A DNA stretch of 64,000 nucleotides from Obrimoposthia wandeli (GCA_977020255.1 CDROCS010000506.1:868001-932000); one strand, 5' to 3'. Counted from the stretch's first letter, positions 9,519-19,983 are shown. Notes: generated by a model from the sequence alone, not told the origin. Made by a program: numbers and translations.

Positions 9519-10727
9519 ATGGATTTAGTATCAACACGTTTTGAAAAATGTATTAAGTGTACCATCTGTACCGTGTACTGCCCTGTTGCCAAAGCCAATC
9601 CTAATTACCCAGGACCAAAAGAATCAGGCCCTGATGGTGAGCGCCTCAGGATCAAAAGCCCTGAGTATTATGATGAAGCATTAAAGCTGTGTACCAACTG
9701 TAAACGCTGTGAAACGGCTTGTCCGTCCAACGTCAATGTCGGCGATATTATTGCGGTGGCACGTGGTAAGTTTGAGAAGAAAAAAATAAATCCTAAATTA
9801 ATGCGCGATTATATTTTAAGTCATACGGATTTGTTCGGCTCACTATCAACACCCATCGCGCCCTTGGTTAATAAGATCACAGATTCAAAGATCATCAAAA
9901 CCATCATGGATAAAACCGTGGCGATTGATAAGCACAAATCGTTACCTAAATACTCATTTGGTTCGTTTCGCCATTGGTATAAAAAACAAGCCAATACGCA
10001 ACTACAGTTCGAGCGCCAGATCAGTTATTTTCATGGCTGCTATGTTAACTATAACAACCCACAACTGGGCAAAGATTTAATAAAAGTACTCAATGCCATG
10101 AATATTGGCGTGAAGTTATTGAAGAAAGAAAAATGCTGCGGCGTGCCACTCATCGCCAATGGTTTTCATGACAAAGCCCGTAAGAATGCCGAATTTAATG
10201 TTAAACACATGACAGAGGCTGTAGAACAATTTAATACCCCGATTTTATCGACATCATCAACTTGTTCACTGACTTTAAAGCAAGAATACCCGCATGTATT
10301 AAAAGTAGATAACAGTAAGATTTCGAATAAGCTTGAGTTCATTACGTCATTTATATTACGTGAATTTATGAACGGTAATATGCCTGAATTAAAGCCTGTC
10401 AATAAAACCATTGTGTATCATACGCCGTGCCATTTAGAACGCAGTGGCTTGGCTATTTTTACTATCGAATTGTTACGTACGATCCCTGGATTGAATGTCA
10501 TTGTACTTAACAGTGAATGCTGTGGTTCTGCTGGTACTTATGGTTTTAAGAAAGAAAACTATGACGTGTCGATGAAGATAGGTAAAGGCTTGTTTGAACA
10601 GATAAAACAGAGTGATGCTGACTTTGCGATCACCGATTGTGAAACCTGTAAATGGCAAATTGAAGAGAACAGTGACTTAGAAACTATCCATCCGGTAAGT
10701 TTATTAGCACAATGTCTAACTGATTAA
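9519..10727 (+). CDS. glpC: Anaerobic glycerol-3-phosphate dehydrogenase subunit C
   Basis: Two 4Fe-4S motifs (CIKCTICTVYCP, CTNCKRCETACP) and two CCG domains. Confidence 0.96.
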   Translation: MDLVSTRFEKCIKCTICTVYCPVAKANPNYPGPKESGPDGERLRIKSPEYYDEALKLCTNCKRCETACPSNVNVGDIIAVARGKFEKKKINPKLMRDYILSHTDLFGSLSTPIAPLVNKITDSKIIKTIMDKTVAIDKHKSLPKYSFGSFRHWYKKQANTQLQFERQISYFHGCYVNYNNPQLGKDLIKVLNAMNIGVKLLKKEKCCGVPLIANGFHDKARKNAEFNVKHMTEAVEQFNTPILSTSSTCSLTLKQEYPHVLKVDNSKISNKLEFITSFILREFMNGNMPELKPVNKTIVYHTPCHLERSGLAIFTIELLRTIPGLNVIVLNSECCGSAGTYGFKKENYDVSMKIGKGLFEQIKQSDADFAITDCETCKWQIEENSDLETIHPVSLLAQCLTD

Positions 10728-10755
10728 TGGAGTGAAGAATTAAGCATAATAATAC

Positions 10756-10820
10756 ATTAGCTTTTCTAATCCTGATGACAAATTTATTTCGCTATAAAGA
10801 TAGATAATAATAGCTATAAT
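10756..10820 (+). promoter_or_regulatory. Candidate activator-dependent promoter with LysR-type palindrome
   Basis: ATTAG-N5-CTAAT at 10756-10770; TATAAT at 10815-10820; no good -35. Confidence 0.45.
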
Positions 10821-10843
10821 GCAGTTAAAACGGAGGGTTAGAG

Positions 10844-10885
10844 ATGATTAAATTAGATTGTCTCTTTCTTGTCGCACTTAGATAA
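10844..10885 (+). CDS. Candidate 13-aa peptide MIKLDCLFLVALR
   Basis: GGAGG SD at 10832-10836, ATG 10844, TAA 10883-10885. Confidence 0.35.
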   Translation: MIKLDCLFLVALR

Positions 10886-10907
10886 ACTAATTAAAAAGGT
10901 AATTATT

Positions 10908-11015
10908 ATGACAACTCAATTGATCAGCAACTTCATCACCACTATGCTAACAAAAGTTGTAGCATCTTACGGTCGCTCATTCGTAGAACTGTATAACCGC
11001 GATAATAAGTTATGA
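10908..11015 (+). CDS. Candidate 35-aa small protein MTTQLISNFITTMLTKVVASYGRSFVELYNRDNKL
   Basis: AAAAAGGT SD, ATG 10908, TGA 11013-11015; amphipathic-helix pattern. Confidence 0.55.
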   Translation: MTTQLISNFITTMLTKVVASYGRSFVELYNRDNKL

Positions 11016-11022
11016 AGATAAT

Positions 11023-11062
11023 ATCTGTCAGTAACGAGTCTATTCGATCGCTACTGACAGAT
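11023..11062. terminator. Hairpin between convergent small ORF and dbpA
   Basis: ATCTGTCAGTA ... TACTGACAGAT inverted repeat; short U tails. Confidence 0.55.
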
Positions 11063-11073
11063 GCATTTAACGA

Positions 11074-12468
11074 TTAATCGTTAAATGAACGTACGATCCA
11101 AGCTCGGAATGTACGACCTTTCAATTTACCTTTACCAATCTTCTGTACAGCCGCTTTCGCCACTTTAGTATCAACAGCAACATAGGCACAGTTGTCAAAC
11201 AGTTGGATTTTACCCACTAGCTTTCCATCAATACCGTCTTTACCAGTCAATGCACCAAGAATATCACCAGCACGTACTTTCTGCTTTTTACCACCATCAA
11301 TACGGATACATTCCATCGGTGGCACCATTGGTGTTTCGTTTAAAACACTTTCTGGTGGTAATGCTTCTGGTGTGATCATACCAAAACGATCTTCAAGCTG
11401 TGCAACTTGATAACCTTCTTTATCATCAAATAAAGTACAAGCAAACCCTTTACTACCAGCACGGCCAGTACGACCAATACGGTGAACATGTATTTCGCTG
11501 TCGTGCGCAACGTTGAAATTAATTACCGCATCTAACGACTCAATATCCAGACCACGAGACGCAACGTCAGTAGCAACAAGAACAGAAACACTCTTCGTTG
11601 AAAAACGTACTAGCGCTTGGTCACGATCGCGCTGCTCTAAGTCACCATGCAATGCAATGATGCTAAAGCCAAAGTGACCTAATTCATCTGCAACATCTTG
11701 CACGTCTTTCTTAGTATTACAAAAGATAACCGTTGATTCAGGTTTGTGCTGTAGTAACAAGCCACGTACTGTATCTAAACGTTCACCAAAGTTTTTTACT
11801 TTATAGAAATGCTGTTTGATAGAGCTATCGTCATGTGTCGATGCTACTTCAACCATTTCTGGGTTCTTCATTATTTTCGATGCAATTGCTTCAATCTTTT
11901 TCGGGAACGTTGCACTGAATAATAATGTTTGACGGTCGCTTGGTGCTTTCTCAACAATTGCGTCAAGTGCATCTTGGAAACCCATTTCTAACATACGGTC
12001 AGCTTCATCAAGTACAAAAGTAGTTAGATTATCTAATCGTAACGTGCCTTTCGTTAAATGATCTAATACGCGACCTGGTGTACCAACAATAATATGTGCG
12101 CCGTGTTCTAATGAACCGATTTGTGGGCCAAATGGCATACCACCACACAATGTAAGTACTTTAATGTTATGAATACCACGTGCCAGTTTACGAATTTCTT
12201 TCGCTACTTGGTCAGCAAGTTCACGTGTAGGGCAAAGTACTAATGTTTGAATACGGAAACGTTCTACGTTTAAACGCTGCAATAAACCTAAACCAAAGGC
12301 AGCTGTTTTACCTGAACCTGTTTTACCTTGGCCAATTACATCGTTACCAGCAAGAATACTCGGTAAGCTTTGTGCTTGGATAGGTGTCATCTCGGTATAA
12401 CCGAGCGTATCTAGATTAGAGACAAGCTCTGGACGTAAATTTAGAGAAGAAAAATTAGTTTGGCTCAC
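11074..12468 (-). CDS. dbpA: ATP-dependent RNA helicase DbpA
   Basis: [20 protein letters not shown] motifs; C-terminal DbpA RNA-binding domain (IDGGKKQKVRAGDILGALT). Confidence 0.93.
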   Translation of the reverse strand: MSQTNFSSLNLRPELVSNLDTLGYTEMTPIQAQSLPSILAGNDVIGQGKTGSGKTAAFGLGLLQRLNVERFRIQTLVLCPTRELADQVAKEIRKLARGIHNIKVLTLCGGMPFGPQIGSLEHGAHIIVGTPGRVLDHLTKGTLRLDNLTTFVLDEADRMLEMGFQDALDAIVEKAPSDRQTLLFSATFPKKIEAIASKIMKNPEMVEVASTHDDSSIKQHFYKVKNFGERLDTVRGLLLQHKPESTVIFCNTKKDVQDVADELGHFGFSIIALHGDLEQRDRDQALVRFSTKSVSVLVATDVASRGLDIESLDAVINFNVAHDSEIHVHRIGRTGRAGSKGFACTLFDDKEGYQVAQLEDRFGMITPEALPPESVLNETPMVPPMECIRIDGGKKQKVRAGDILGALTGKDGIDGKLVGKIQLFDNCAYVAVDTKVAKAAVQKIGKGKLKGRTFRAWIVRSFND

Positions 12469-12504
12469 AGTACATACCCTTTAAATTTCGATAATAAATA
12501 AAAC

Positions 12505-12536
12505 AAAAAGGGCAAGCTCCGAAGAACATGCCCTTT
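12505..12536 (-). terminator. Terminator of the csp gene
   Basis: AAGGGCATGTTC-TTCG-GAGCTTGCCCTTTTT on the minus strand; cUUCGg tetraloop. Confidence 0.8.
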
Positions 12537-12607
12537 ATACTTAAACGTTTCGATTTATCATCAATTCATTTAAGTTAAACAATCTTAGTGACTATTAATT
12601 CAAAGAA

Positions 12608-12814
12608 TTAAAGTACTACGATGTTTTCCGCTTGAGGACCTTTTTGGCCATCAGTAACGTTGAATTCAACTTTTTGGTTTTCTAAAAGTGTACGGAAACC
12701 GTCACTTTCGATAGCGCTGAAGTGAGCAAACACGTCAGGACCGTTTTCTTGTTGAATGAAACCGAAACCTTTAGTTTCGTTGAACCATTTTACTGTACCC
12801 ATGATTTTAGACAT
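12608..12814 (-). CDS. Cold-shock protein (CspA family)
   Basis: [15 protein letters not shown] (RNP1), VFAHFSAI (RNP2); 68 aa. Confidence 0.96.
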   Translation of the reverse strand: MSKIMGTVKWFNETKGFGFIQQENGPDVFAHFSAIESDGFRTLLENQKVEFNVTDGQKGPQAENIVVL

Positions 12815-12956
12815 AATAGAATCCTATTTGTAATTATAAGTGGCAAATGCCGGTGTTGCTGGAAGTGTTACTACTTACTTATGATCAAACAGGACGAGGT
12901 ACTAAAAAACTTCGAAATGGAATTCATTCATAAAACTAACCTTAAAGCTGCGGCTA

Positions 12957-12984
12957 ATTATATAGACTTAAGTTTTAGTGTCAA
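12957..12984 (-). promoter_or_regulatory. sigma70 promoter of csp, giving an approx. 135-nt 5' UTR
   Basis: TTGACA-N16-TATAAT on the minus strand; long leader typical of cold-induced csp mRNAs. Confidence 0.75.
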
Positions 12985-13165
12985 CAAAGTTGTTTCTAAT
13001 AAAACTAGATAAGTAAGCTACAATTATCTAGTTTGCACTTGAGCAACCTATCATGTACCCTGCAGCACCGCTGTTATACTTAGCACTAGTGCATCATCAT
13101 CGCGCTTAATAGTTGCAGATAGTAGTAGCACATAAATAGCAATCACATAAATAAAGAGACACTAT

Positions 13166-14533
13166 ATGAGTTTTACCGACCTCGGTTTATCCGCACCAAT
13201 CCTAAAAGCTGTAGCAGAAAAAGGCTACGACACACCATCGGCAATTCAAGCGCAAGCAATACCAGCTGTACTGTCAGGTAGGGATCTAATGGCTGCGGCA
13301 CAAACAGGGACAGGTAAAACAGCTGGTTTTACTCTACCTATTTTAGAAATACTAAGTAAAGGCCCGCGTCCACGTGCGAATCAAGCGCGTACGTTAATCT
13401 TAACACCGACACGTGAATTAGCAGCTCAAATCGCCGAGAATGTTAATGTATATAGCAAGCACTTAAATTTAACGTCAACGGTAGTATTTGGTGGTGTTAA
13501 GATCAACCCACAAATGGCACGTTTACGTCGTGGTGTTGACATCTTAGTTGCAACTCCAGGTCGTTTATTAGATTTATATAACCAAAACGCAATTCGCTTT
13601 CACCAATTAGAAATCTTGGTGCTAGATGAAGCTGACCGTATGCTTGATATGGGTTTCTTACGTGATATTCGTAAAGTCCTTGCAGTATTACCAAAAAATC
13701 GCCAAAACTTATTATTCTCAGCAACCTTCTCTGATGATATTCGTCAACTTGCTAAAGGCTTAATCAACGATCCAGTTGAAATCTCAGTAACGCCACGTAA
13801 CGCAGCGGCTAAATCTGTTGAACAATGGATGCACCCTGTTGATAAGAAGAAAAAGCCACAGTTATTAACGCACTTGATTAAAGAGAACAACTGGAAACAA
13901 GTATTGGTATTTACCAAGACTAAGCACGGTGCGAACAAATTAACGAAACACTTAGAAGAGCAAGGCATCAATGCTGCAGCAATTCACGGTAACAAGAGCC
14001 AAAGTGCACGTACTAAAGCACTAGCAAACTTCAAATCAGGTGAAGTAAGAGCACTTATTGCAACTGATATTGCGGCTCGTGGTATTGATATCGAACAACT
14101 ACCACAAGTAGTTAACTTCGAATTACCAAATGTACCAGAGGATTATGTTCACCGTATTGGTCGTACCGGCCGTGCTGGCGCTGAAGGTACTGCAATCTCA
14201 TTCGTTTGTCAGGACGAAATGAAAGAGCTAGTAGCAATTGAACAATTAACTCAAAAACACCTTGAACGTGTTGTTGTAGACGGTTTCGCACCAATGGATT
14301 CATTCCCGACTACACCGGGTATCCGTCCACCAAAAGCGAAACAACCTAAGAAAGAACATCAAGACGGTCAACGTTCAGCTGAAAATTCACGTGGTCATAA
14401 GCCGGCAAGTAAAAACCGTCGTCACACTGGCCAACGTAGTGCAGCCGCTCCAGCTGCAGCAAACCCATCAGCAAATAAAGGCAACCGTCGTCGCCCAGCG
14501 GGTTCTGCAAACAGCAGCACAAACGCGAAGTAA
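13166..14533 (+). CDS. rhlE: DEAD-box RNA helicase, RhlE type
   Basis: [30 protein letters not shown]; basic low-complexity tail. Confidence 0.88.
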   Translation: MSFTDLGLSAPILKAVAEKGYDTPSAIQAQAIPAVLSGRDLMAAAQTGTGKTAGFTLPILEILSKGPRPRANQARTLILTPTRELAAQIAENVNVYSKHLNLTSTVVFGGVKINPQMARLRRGVDILVATPGRLLDLYNQNAIRFHQLEILVLDEADRMLDMGFLRDIRKVLAVLPKNRQNLLFSATFSDDIRQLAKGLINDPVEISVTPRNAAAKSVEQWMHPVDKKKKPQLLTHLIKENNWKQVLVFTKTKHGANKLTKHLEEQGINAAAIHGNKSQSARTKALANFKSGEVRALIATDIAARGIDIEQLPQVVNFELPNVPEDYVHRIGRTGRAGAEGTAISFVCQDEMKELVAIEQLTQKHLERVVVDGFAPMDSFPTTPGIRPPKAKQPKKEHQDGQRSAENSRGHKPASKNRRHTGQRSAAAPAAANPSANKGNRRRPAGSANSSTNAK

Positions 14534-14568
14534 TAACGATTGCACAGGCTATAACCATATGGCCTGTT

Positions 14569-14613
14569 AGCACACAGCCTTAATGAGAAATTTAACTCAT
14601 AAGACTGTGTGCT
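14569..14613 (+). terminator. Long hairpin downstream of rhlE
   Basis: AGCACACAG...ATGAG/CTCAT...CTGTGTGCT nested inverted repeat. Confidence 0.5.
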
Positions 14614-14793
14614 TCATTAACATCCTCTTTCAAGATACGTTAATCCATTTCAATCCATCTTCTGCAGCGCACGTGATCAATCCTCCCTGTTTACCATTAC
14701 TTTACATTTATTTAATCATTTATTACTGGTTAACATTATTATTTACGCCCTTATTTGTTAGAATATTCGCTCTTCATTCAAGAGCAAAAATAA

Positions 14794-15309
14794 ATGCAAC
14801 TACAACAAATAGACAAAGTCCGTTATCGTAAACATTTAAACATGGCGAGTGTCGTGGCGACCGCAGTATTAATCGCTTTTGCCTTAGTTTATGGCCAAGT
14901 CTTGATCCATTTTTTTGCGGCAGCTGACGGTAATAATTTCAAACTCAATTTAGCGGGTGTGGTGCTGGGAGTGCTTAGCTTATTGATTGCATTTAACCTT
15001 GTTCGCAAGCATCCATATTTAACCGAAGTCATGTATGTATGGGATCTAAAACAAGCAAACAACAAGATTTATCGCAAGCTTCATCACATCAAAACCGCGT
15101 TAGCAAACAGTGATAATACCAATATAGCGGCGATCACTATCCTGCATTACTATTACGCCGCATCAAAGCAGCAATATAATCTCGATAACAATACATTGAC
15201 CATGGAAGCTTTAACGGCAGATATCGCCAAGCTGGACAGCCTAATCACGGCAAGTAACTTAACCATTTCGGTTGATGACTACAATTCAGACCTTTTAAAA
15301 CAATTTTAA
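14794..15309 (+). CDS. DUF3087-like membrane protein
   Basis: MQLQQIDKVRYRKHLN, two hydrophobic helices, EVMYVWDLKQ..NKIYRK, DDNTLT-like motif; family assignment from memory. Confidence 0.75.
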   Translation: MQLQQIDKVRYRKHLNMASVVATAVLIAFALVYGQVLIHFFAAADGNNFKLNLAGVVLGVLSLLIAFNLVRKHPYLTEVMYVWDLKQANNKIYRKLHHIKTALANSDNTNIAAITILHYYYAASKQQYNLDNNTLTMEALTADIAKLDSLITASNLTISVDDYNSDLLKQF

Positions 15310-15532
15310 ATTGTATATCGCTGAATATCAAAAAGCAGGTGCAGCTGTCCTTGGAATAAATACGGTCCTTGAAATTAAAGTAGTTGCGCCTGTTTTTAGA
15401 ATAAAACCTCGATAAATTCACCGAAGTTTAGATTTTCATCGCTTTAATCTAAATTAATTTTATAGAAATGCAAAAAAACAGCCTAAATGCCACCTTATAG
15501 CCAGCTATCTCTTTTTTGTTCCCAAAAAATCA

Positions 15533-15548
15533 TGATATACTCCGCGCG
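15533..15548 (+). promoter_or_regulatory. Extended -10 promoter with GC-rich discriminator for fusA
   Basis: TG-A-TATACT followed by CCGCGCG. Confidence 0.55.
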
Positions 15549-15580
15549 AATCTTTACATAAATAAATTATAGAGAACATA

Positions 15581-17668
15581 ATGGCTGATTTATCAAAATA
15601 CAGAAATATCGGGATCTTCGCTCACGTTGATGCTGGTAAAACAACAACAACTGAACGTATCCTAAAACTTACTGGACAGATCCACAAAACTGGTGAAGTA
15701 CATGACGGTGAGTCAACTACAGATTTCATGGAACAGGAAGCTGAGCGCGGTATTACTATTCAGTCAGCTGCTGTAACATGTTTCTGGGACAATCATCGTT
15801 TTAACGTTATTGATACTCCTGGACACGTTGATTTCACAGTTGAAGTTTACCGTTCACTTAAAGTACTTGACGGCGGTATCGGTGTATTCTGTGGTTCTGG
15901 TGGTGTTGAACCTCAGTCAGAAACTAACTGGCGTTATGCGAATGACTCAGAAGTTGCGCGTATTATCTTCGTAAACAAATTAGACCGTATGGGTGCTGAT
16001 TTTTACCGCGTTGTTAAACAAACTCAAGACGTACTAGATGCTAACCCACTAGTAATGGTTCTACCAATCGGTATCGAAGAAGATTTCGTTGGTGTTGTTG
16101 ACCTTCTTACGCGTAAAGCACACATCTGGGATGATTCAGGTCTTCCAGAAAACTTCGAAATCTCTGATGTTCCTGCGGACATGGTAGAGAAAGTTGAAGA
16201 ATACCGTGAGCTATTACTTGATACTGCACTTGAGCAAGATGATGAGCTATTAGAAGCTTACATGGAAGGTAACGAACCTTCTATTGAAGAAATCAAACGT
16301 TGTATCCGTAAAGGTACACGTACAATGGACTTCTTCCCAACATACTGTGGTTCAGCATTCAAGAACAAGGGTATTCAATTAATCCTTGACGGTGTTGTTG
16401 ATTATCTACCGAGCCCAACTGATGTTGATCCTCAGCCGCTTACAGATGAAGAAGGCGAGCCAAACGGTAAATTTGCACTTGTATCGACTGAAGAAACATT
16501 TAAAGCATTAGCATTTAAAATCTCTGATGACCGTTTTGGTGCACTTACTTTCATCCGTATCTACTCAGGTACGTTGAAAAAAGGTGATACTATTCTTAAC
16601 GCTGCTACAGGTAAAACTGAGCGTGTTGGTCGTATGTGTGAAATGCAAGCTGATGATCGTAACGAATTAACTAGCGCACAAGCTGGTGATATTCTTGCAA
16701 TCGTAGGTATGAAAGGTAACGTTCAAACTGGTCACACTTTATGTGATCCGAAAGATCCTATCATCCTAGAAGCTATGGTATTCCCAGAACCAGTAATCTC
16801 TATCTCTGTAACACCAAAAGATAAAGGTTCTACTGAGAAAATGGGTATTGCGATCGGTAAAATGGTTGCTGAAGATCCAACTTTCAAAGTTGAAACTGAC
16901 CAAGATTCAGGCGAAACAATCCTTTCTGGTATGGGTGAACTTCACCTAGACATTAAGGTTGATATCCTTAAGCGTACATACGGCGTTGATCTAGTTGTTG
17001 GTGCTCCTCAGGTTGCTTACCGTGAAACTATTACTCAAGCAATTGAAGATAGCTACACGCATAAGAAACAATCTGGTGGTAGTGGTCAATTCGGTAAGAT
17101 CGATTACCGTATCAAGCCTGGCGAACCAGGTACTGGTTTCGTATTCACATCAACTGTTGTTGGTGGTAACGTACCTAAAGAATTCTTCCCAGCTGTAGAG
17201 AAAGGCTTCAAGAGCTTGATGGATACTGGTGTTCTAGCTGGTTTCCCAGTACTAGACGTTGAAATCGAATTATACGATGGTGGCTTCCACGCAGTGGATT
17301 CATCAGCTGTTGCATTCGAACTTGCTGGTCGTGGCGCATTCCGTCAATCAATCCCGAAAGCTGGCGCACAGTTAATCGAACCAATCATGAAAGTTGACGT
17401 ATTCACGCCAGACGATCACGTTGGTGACGTTATTGGTGACCTTAACCGTCGTCGTGGTATGATCGCTGGTCAAGACGCTGGTAACACTGGTGTTCGTATT
17501 AAAGCTGACGTACCTCTTTCAGAAATGTTTGGTTACATCGGTTCACTACGTACAATGACATCTGGTCGTGGTCAGTTCTCTATGGAGTTCTCACACTACA
17601 ACCCTTGTCCAGCTAACGTAGCTGAAGGCGTTATCGCTAAAGTTAAAGAAGACAACGCTAAAAAATAA
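15581..17668 (+). CDS. fusA: Elongation factor G, stand-alone paralog (not in an rpsL-rpsG-fusA-tuf operon)
   Basis: [29 protein letters not shown]; 695 aa; strongly biased codon usage. Confidence 0.95.
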   Translation: MADLSKYRNIGIFAHVDAGKTTTTERILKLTGQIHKTGEVHDGESTTDFMEQEAERGITIQSAAVTCFWDNHRFNVIDTPGHVDFTVEVYRSLKVLDGGIGVFCGSGGVEPQSETNWRYANDSEVARIIFVNKLDRMGADFYRVVKQTQDVLDANPLVMVLPIGIEEDFVGVVDLLTRKAHIWDDSGLPENFEISDVPADMVEKVEEYRELLLDTALEQDDELLEAYMEGNEPSIEEIKRCIRKGTRTMDFFPTYCGSAFKNKGIQLILDGVVDYLPSPTDVDPQPLTDEEGEPNGKFALVSTEETFKALAFKISDDRFGALTFIRIYSGTLKKGDTILNAATGKTERVGRMCEMQADDRNELTSAQAGDILAIVGMKGNVQTGHTLCDPKDPIILEAMVFPEPVISISVTPKDKGSTEKMGIAIGKMVAEDPTFKVETDQDSGETILSGMGELHLDIKVDILKRTYGVDLVVGAPQVAYRETITQAIEDSYTHKKQSGGSGQFGKIDYRIKPGEPGTGFVFTSTVVGGNVPKEFFPAVEKGFKSLMDTGVLAGFPVLDVEIELYDGGFHAVDSSAVAFELAGRGAFRQSIPKAGAQLIEPIMKVDVFTPDDHVGDVIGDLNRRRGMIAGQDAGNTGVRIKADVPLSEMFGYIGSLRTMTSGRGQFSMEFSHYNPCPANVAEGVIAKVKEDNAKK

Positions 17669-17692
17669 GTAATTATTTTTAGTTAATCTTCC

Positions 17693-17728
17693 TAACCCCA
17701 GTTATGCAAATAACTGGGGTTATTTTTT
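17693..17728 (+). terminator. fusA terminator
   Basis: TAACCCCAGTTA-TGCAAA-TAACTGGGGTTA followed by T run. Confidence 0.85.
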
Positions 17729-17770
17729 GCCTGAAAAACAGTAAATACTCACCTTGCCAAATCACAGGCA

Positions 17771-17812
17771 AAAAAAAGCACCAAGACCATGAAGCCTTAG
17801 TGCTTTATTTTT
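17771..17812 (-). terminator. roxA terminator
   Basis: AAAGCAC...GTGCTTT stem with A7 on the plus strand. Confidence 0.6.
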
Positions 17813-17844
17813 ACGCCGAACCTAAGCTCGACATATATTAATCA

Positions 17845-18990
17845 TTACTCAAAGTGCCAGTAACCTAAGTTAATCCATTCAATCAATTGCTGACCGAGTA
17901 CTTTATCTTCCATTAATACTTCAAGTTCTTTGGCTGTCAACTCAGTGGTATTACATAGCGTTTGCACGCTTGCAGCAATACTTGCATCAAAGTCATAACG
18001 CTCGCCATCAATGAAACAGCTCGTTGGCATCTCAGGGAAGTATAATGTCTTTAGACCATTCACTTTACGTAAATAAGATTCCATACCGATTTCATCAACT
18101 ACGATAGCGTAATCAGCAATGTAACCACCTTCTGGTGCAACTAAATCGAGTTCGTGTGCAGATTCACTGTAATGACGGCCAAGGAAATCATGCATAACGC
18201 TTTTATCAGCCATTAATGATGTCATGATGTCTGTTAGACCTTGCACTTCACTTGCTTCGATAGAACCGTGTTCAGCACGTGGTTTTAGGTTTTTATCGCT
18301 ATAACGAACAAACTCTTTTTCTTGTTGTAATAAGTAATCACCAAAATCATTTAGCAATTCTTTTTGGTCTTGGGCGCGGAAACCTACTGAGTAGTTAATC
18401 GCTTCGCCAACAGCATAACCTTCATGCGGTGCATAAGGTGGGATATATAAAATATCACCTGGTTCTAATACTGTATCAATAACCGCATCAAACGCTTCAC
18501 AGTGCTTTAATGCGCCGTTCGCAGCAAACTCTTGAGGATTCATATCCTGAGCACCAACACGCCAATGACGCTTGCCTAGGCCTTGAATAATGAATACACA
18601 GTAACGGTCTACATGCGGGCCTACGCCACCTGTATCAGTGCTGTAAGAAACCATTAAATCATCAAAGCGCCAGCTTGGAATGAAGTTAAAAGTATTGGCC
18701 AATTCAGCAGAAGGTTCGTGCCAATGGTTAATCGCTTGTACTAAGATAGCTGAACCATCTTGTTCCATACGTTCAAACTCAGTGAAAGGACCACATGCAG
18801 CCTGCCACTTGTCTTCTTCACGCCATACCATGCGCGATGTAATCTCTTCTTCCATCGCTAAACCAGCGATTTCATCCGGGCTAATTGGATCGATAAAATC
18901 CTTGAATCCCGCTTTAATCAACAGTGGTTTTTTCTGCCAATAGTTTTCCATGAAGTCAGCAATATCAAGATTTAATTTATACATAGTCAA
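17845..18990 (-). CDS. roxA: JmjC/cupin ribosomal protein uL16 arginine hydroxylase (RoxA/YcfD)
   Basis: FMENYWQKKPLLI, WRFDDLMVSY, GGVGPHVDRY (HxD), LEPGDILYIPP..PHEG, YSVGFRA. Confidence 0.85.
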   Translation of the reverse strand: MTMYKLNLDIADFMENYWQKKPLLIKAGFKDFIDPISPDEIAGLAMEEEITSRMVWREEDKWQAACGPFTEFERMEQDGSAILVQAINHWHEPSAELANTFNFIPSWRFDDLMVSYSTDTGGVGPHVDRYCVFIIQGLGKRHWRVGAQDMNPQEFAANGALKHCEAFDAVIDTVLEPGDILYIPPYAPHEGYAVGEAINYSVGFRAQDQKELLNDFGDYLLQQEKEFVRYSDKNLKPRAEHGSIEASEVQGLTDIMTSLMADKSVMHDFLGRHYSESAHELDLVAPEGGYIADYAIVVDEIGMESYLRKVNGLKTLYFPEMPTSCFIDGERYDFDASIAASVQTLCNTTELTAKELEVLMEDKVLGQQLIEWINLGYWHFE

Positions 18991-19051
18991 CCCGTAATAA
19001 GTAATCGAAGTAATAGAGCGCGTATCATAGGTATTTCCCCGATAATAGCAA

Positions 19052-19090
19052 CAAAAAAAGCCCTATAGAGTTTATTGCTACAGGGCTATT
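19052..19090 (-). terminator. Terminator of 19118-19873
   Basis: AGCCCT...AGGGCT stem with A7 on the plus strand. Confidence 0.6.
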
Positions 19091-19117
19091 TAAATTACTT
19101 TTGATTAGAAACAAAAG

Positions 19118-19873
19118 CTAAGCAGCTTCAGATACATAAACGTCAGGAAAGTAGACAGCTCTAATTAACTGAGATTTCATTTCATCGTTCAGTAATACAT
19201 GCAGTTCATACATAATGCTAATAATGCCGCCGCGTAAATCATTCACTTTTGCTGCAAGCTGTTTAGCAGATAAAGTCTCAGGCTTACTTGCGTTTGCATT
19301 ACACTCTGCCAATTGCGCGGTAAATAATGCCCAAGACTTGTTGTTGATATCCACTGCTTTACCAGTAGTGAATAAAGGCACCCATTGGCTGATTTTATCT
19401 TCTAGAGAAATACTCTCGTCTTCAATATCAATCACGTCTGCACTATCAACATTGTAAGCTTGTGCTTTAACCGATAAATATGACGTCAAAGAGGCGAATA
19501 ACTTGGTTATGCAAGCAGAGTAAGCGGCATAACCAGCTGCAATATCAGCACTATTTATCGCTACATCTCGAGACTCCAATGCAGAGTCAAACTCACCTTG
19601 GTAATCATTGGCATTAAGAATACCTTCACCGCTGACGTATACTTTGCTATCTAAGGTGTTTTCAACAAAAGGTACCGTGAAACTCCAGTTGCGGGTATCT
19701 GTAACTAAACGCTTAAAGGGGTGTTTATTTTCTTCAAACCATTGCTCGATGATTTTATTCTTTAGGCCATCAGTTAAATCTCTATTGGCGTGATCACTGT
19801 ATTTCACTAAATCTAAAATAAGTTTCTTCGCTTGTTTCTCTGCAATGTTTACTCTTACTTTTAACACTAACAA
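19118..19873 (-). CDS. Hypothetical protein (251 aa)
   Basis: Long ORF with GAAGGAG SD and its own terminator. Confidence 0.8.
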   Translation of the reverse strand: MLVLKVRVNIAEKQAKKLILDLVKYSDHANRDLTDGLKNKIIEQWFEENKHPFKRLVTDTRNWSFTVPFVENTLDSKVYVSGEGILNANDYQGEFDSALESRDVAINSADIAAGYAAYSACITKLFASLTSYLSVKAQAYNVDSADVIDIEDESISLEDKISQWVPLFTTGKAVDINNKSWALFTAQLAECNANASKPETLSAKQLAAKVNDLRGGIISIMYELHVLLNDEMKSQLIRAVYFPDVYVSEAA

Positions 19874-19983
19874 CTCCTTCGTGCTGTTTAACGCCTATTA
19901 CTGACGTGCAGCGTGATATTTTTTGACATTTCATCATCAACATTTTTGTCAGTGTTTAATTTAAAAACAGCTGACAGATACTA

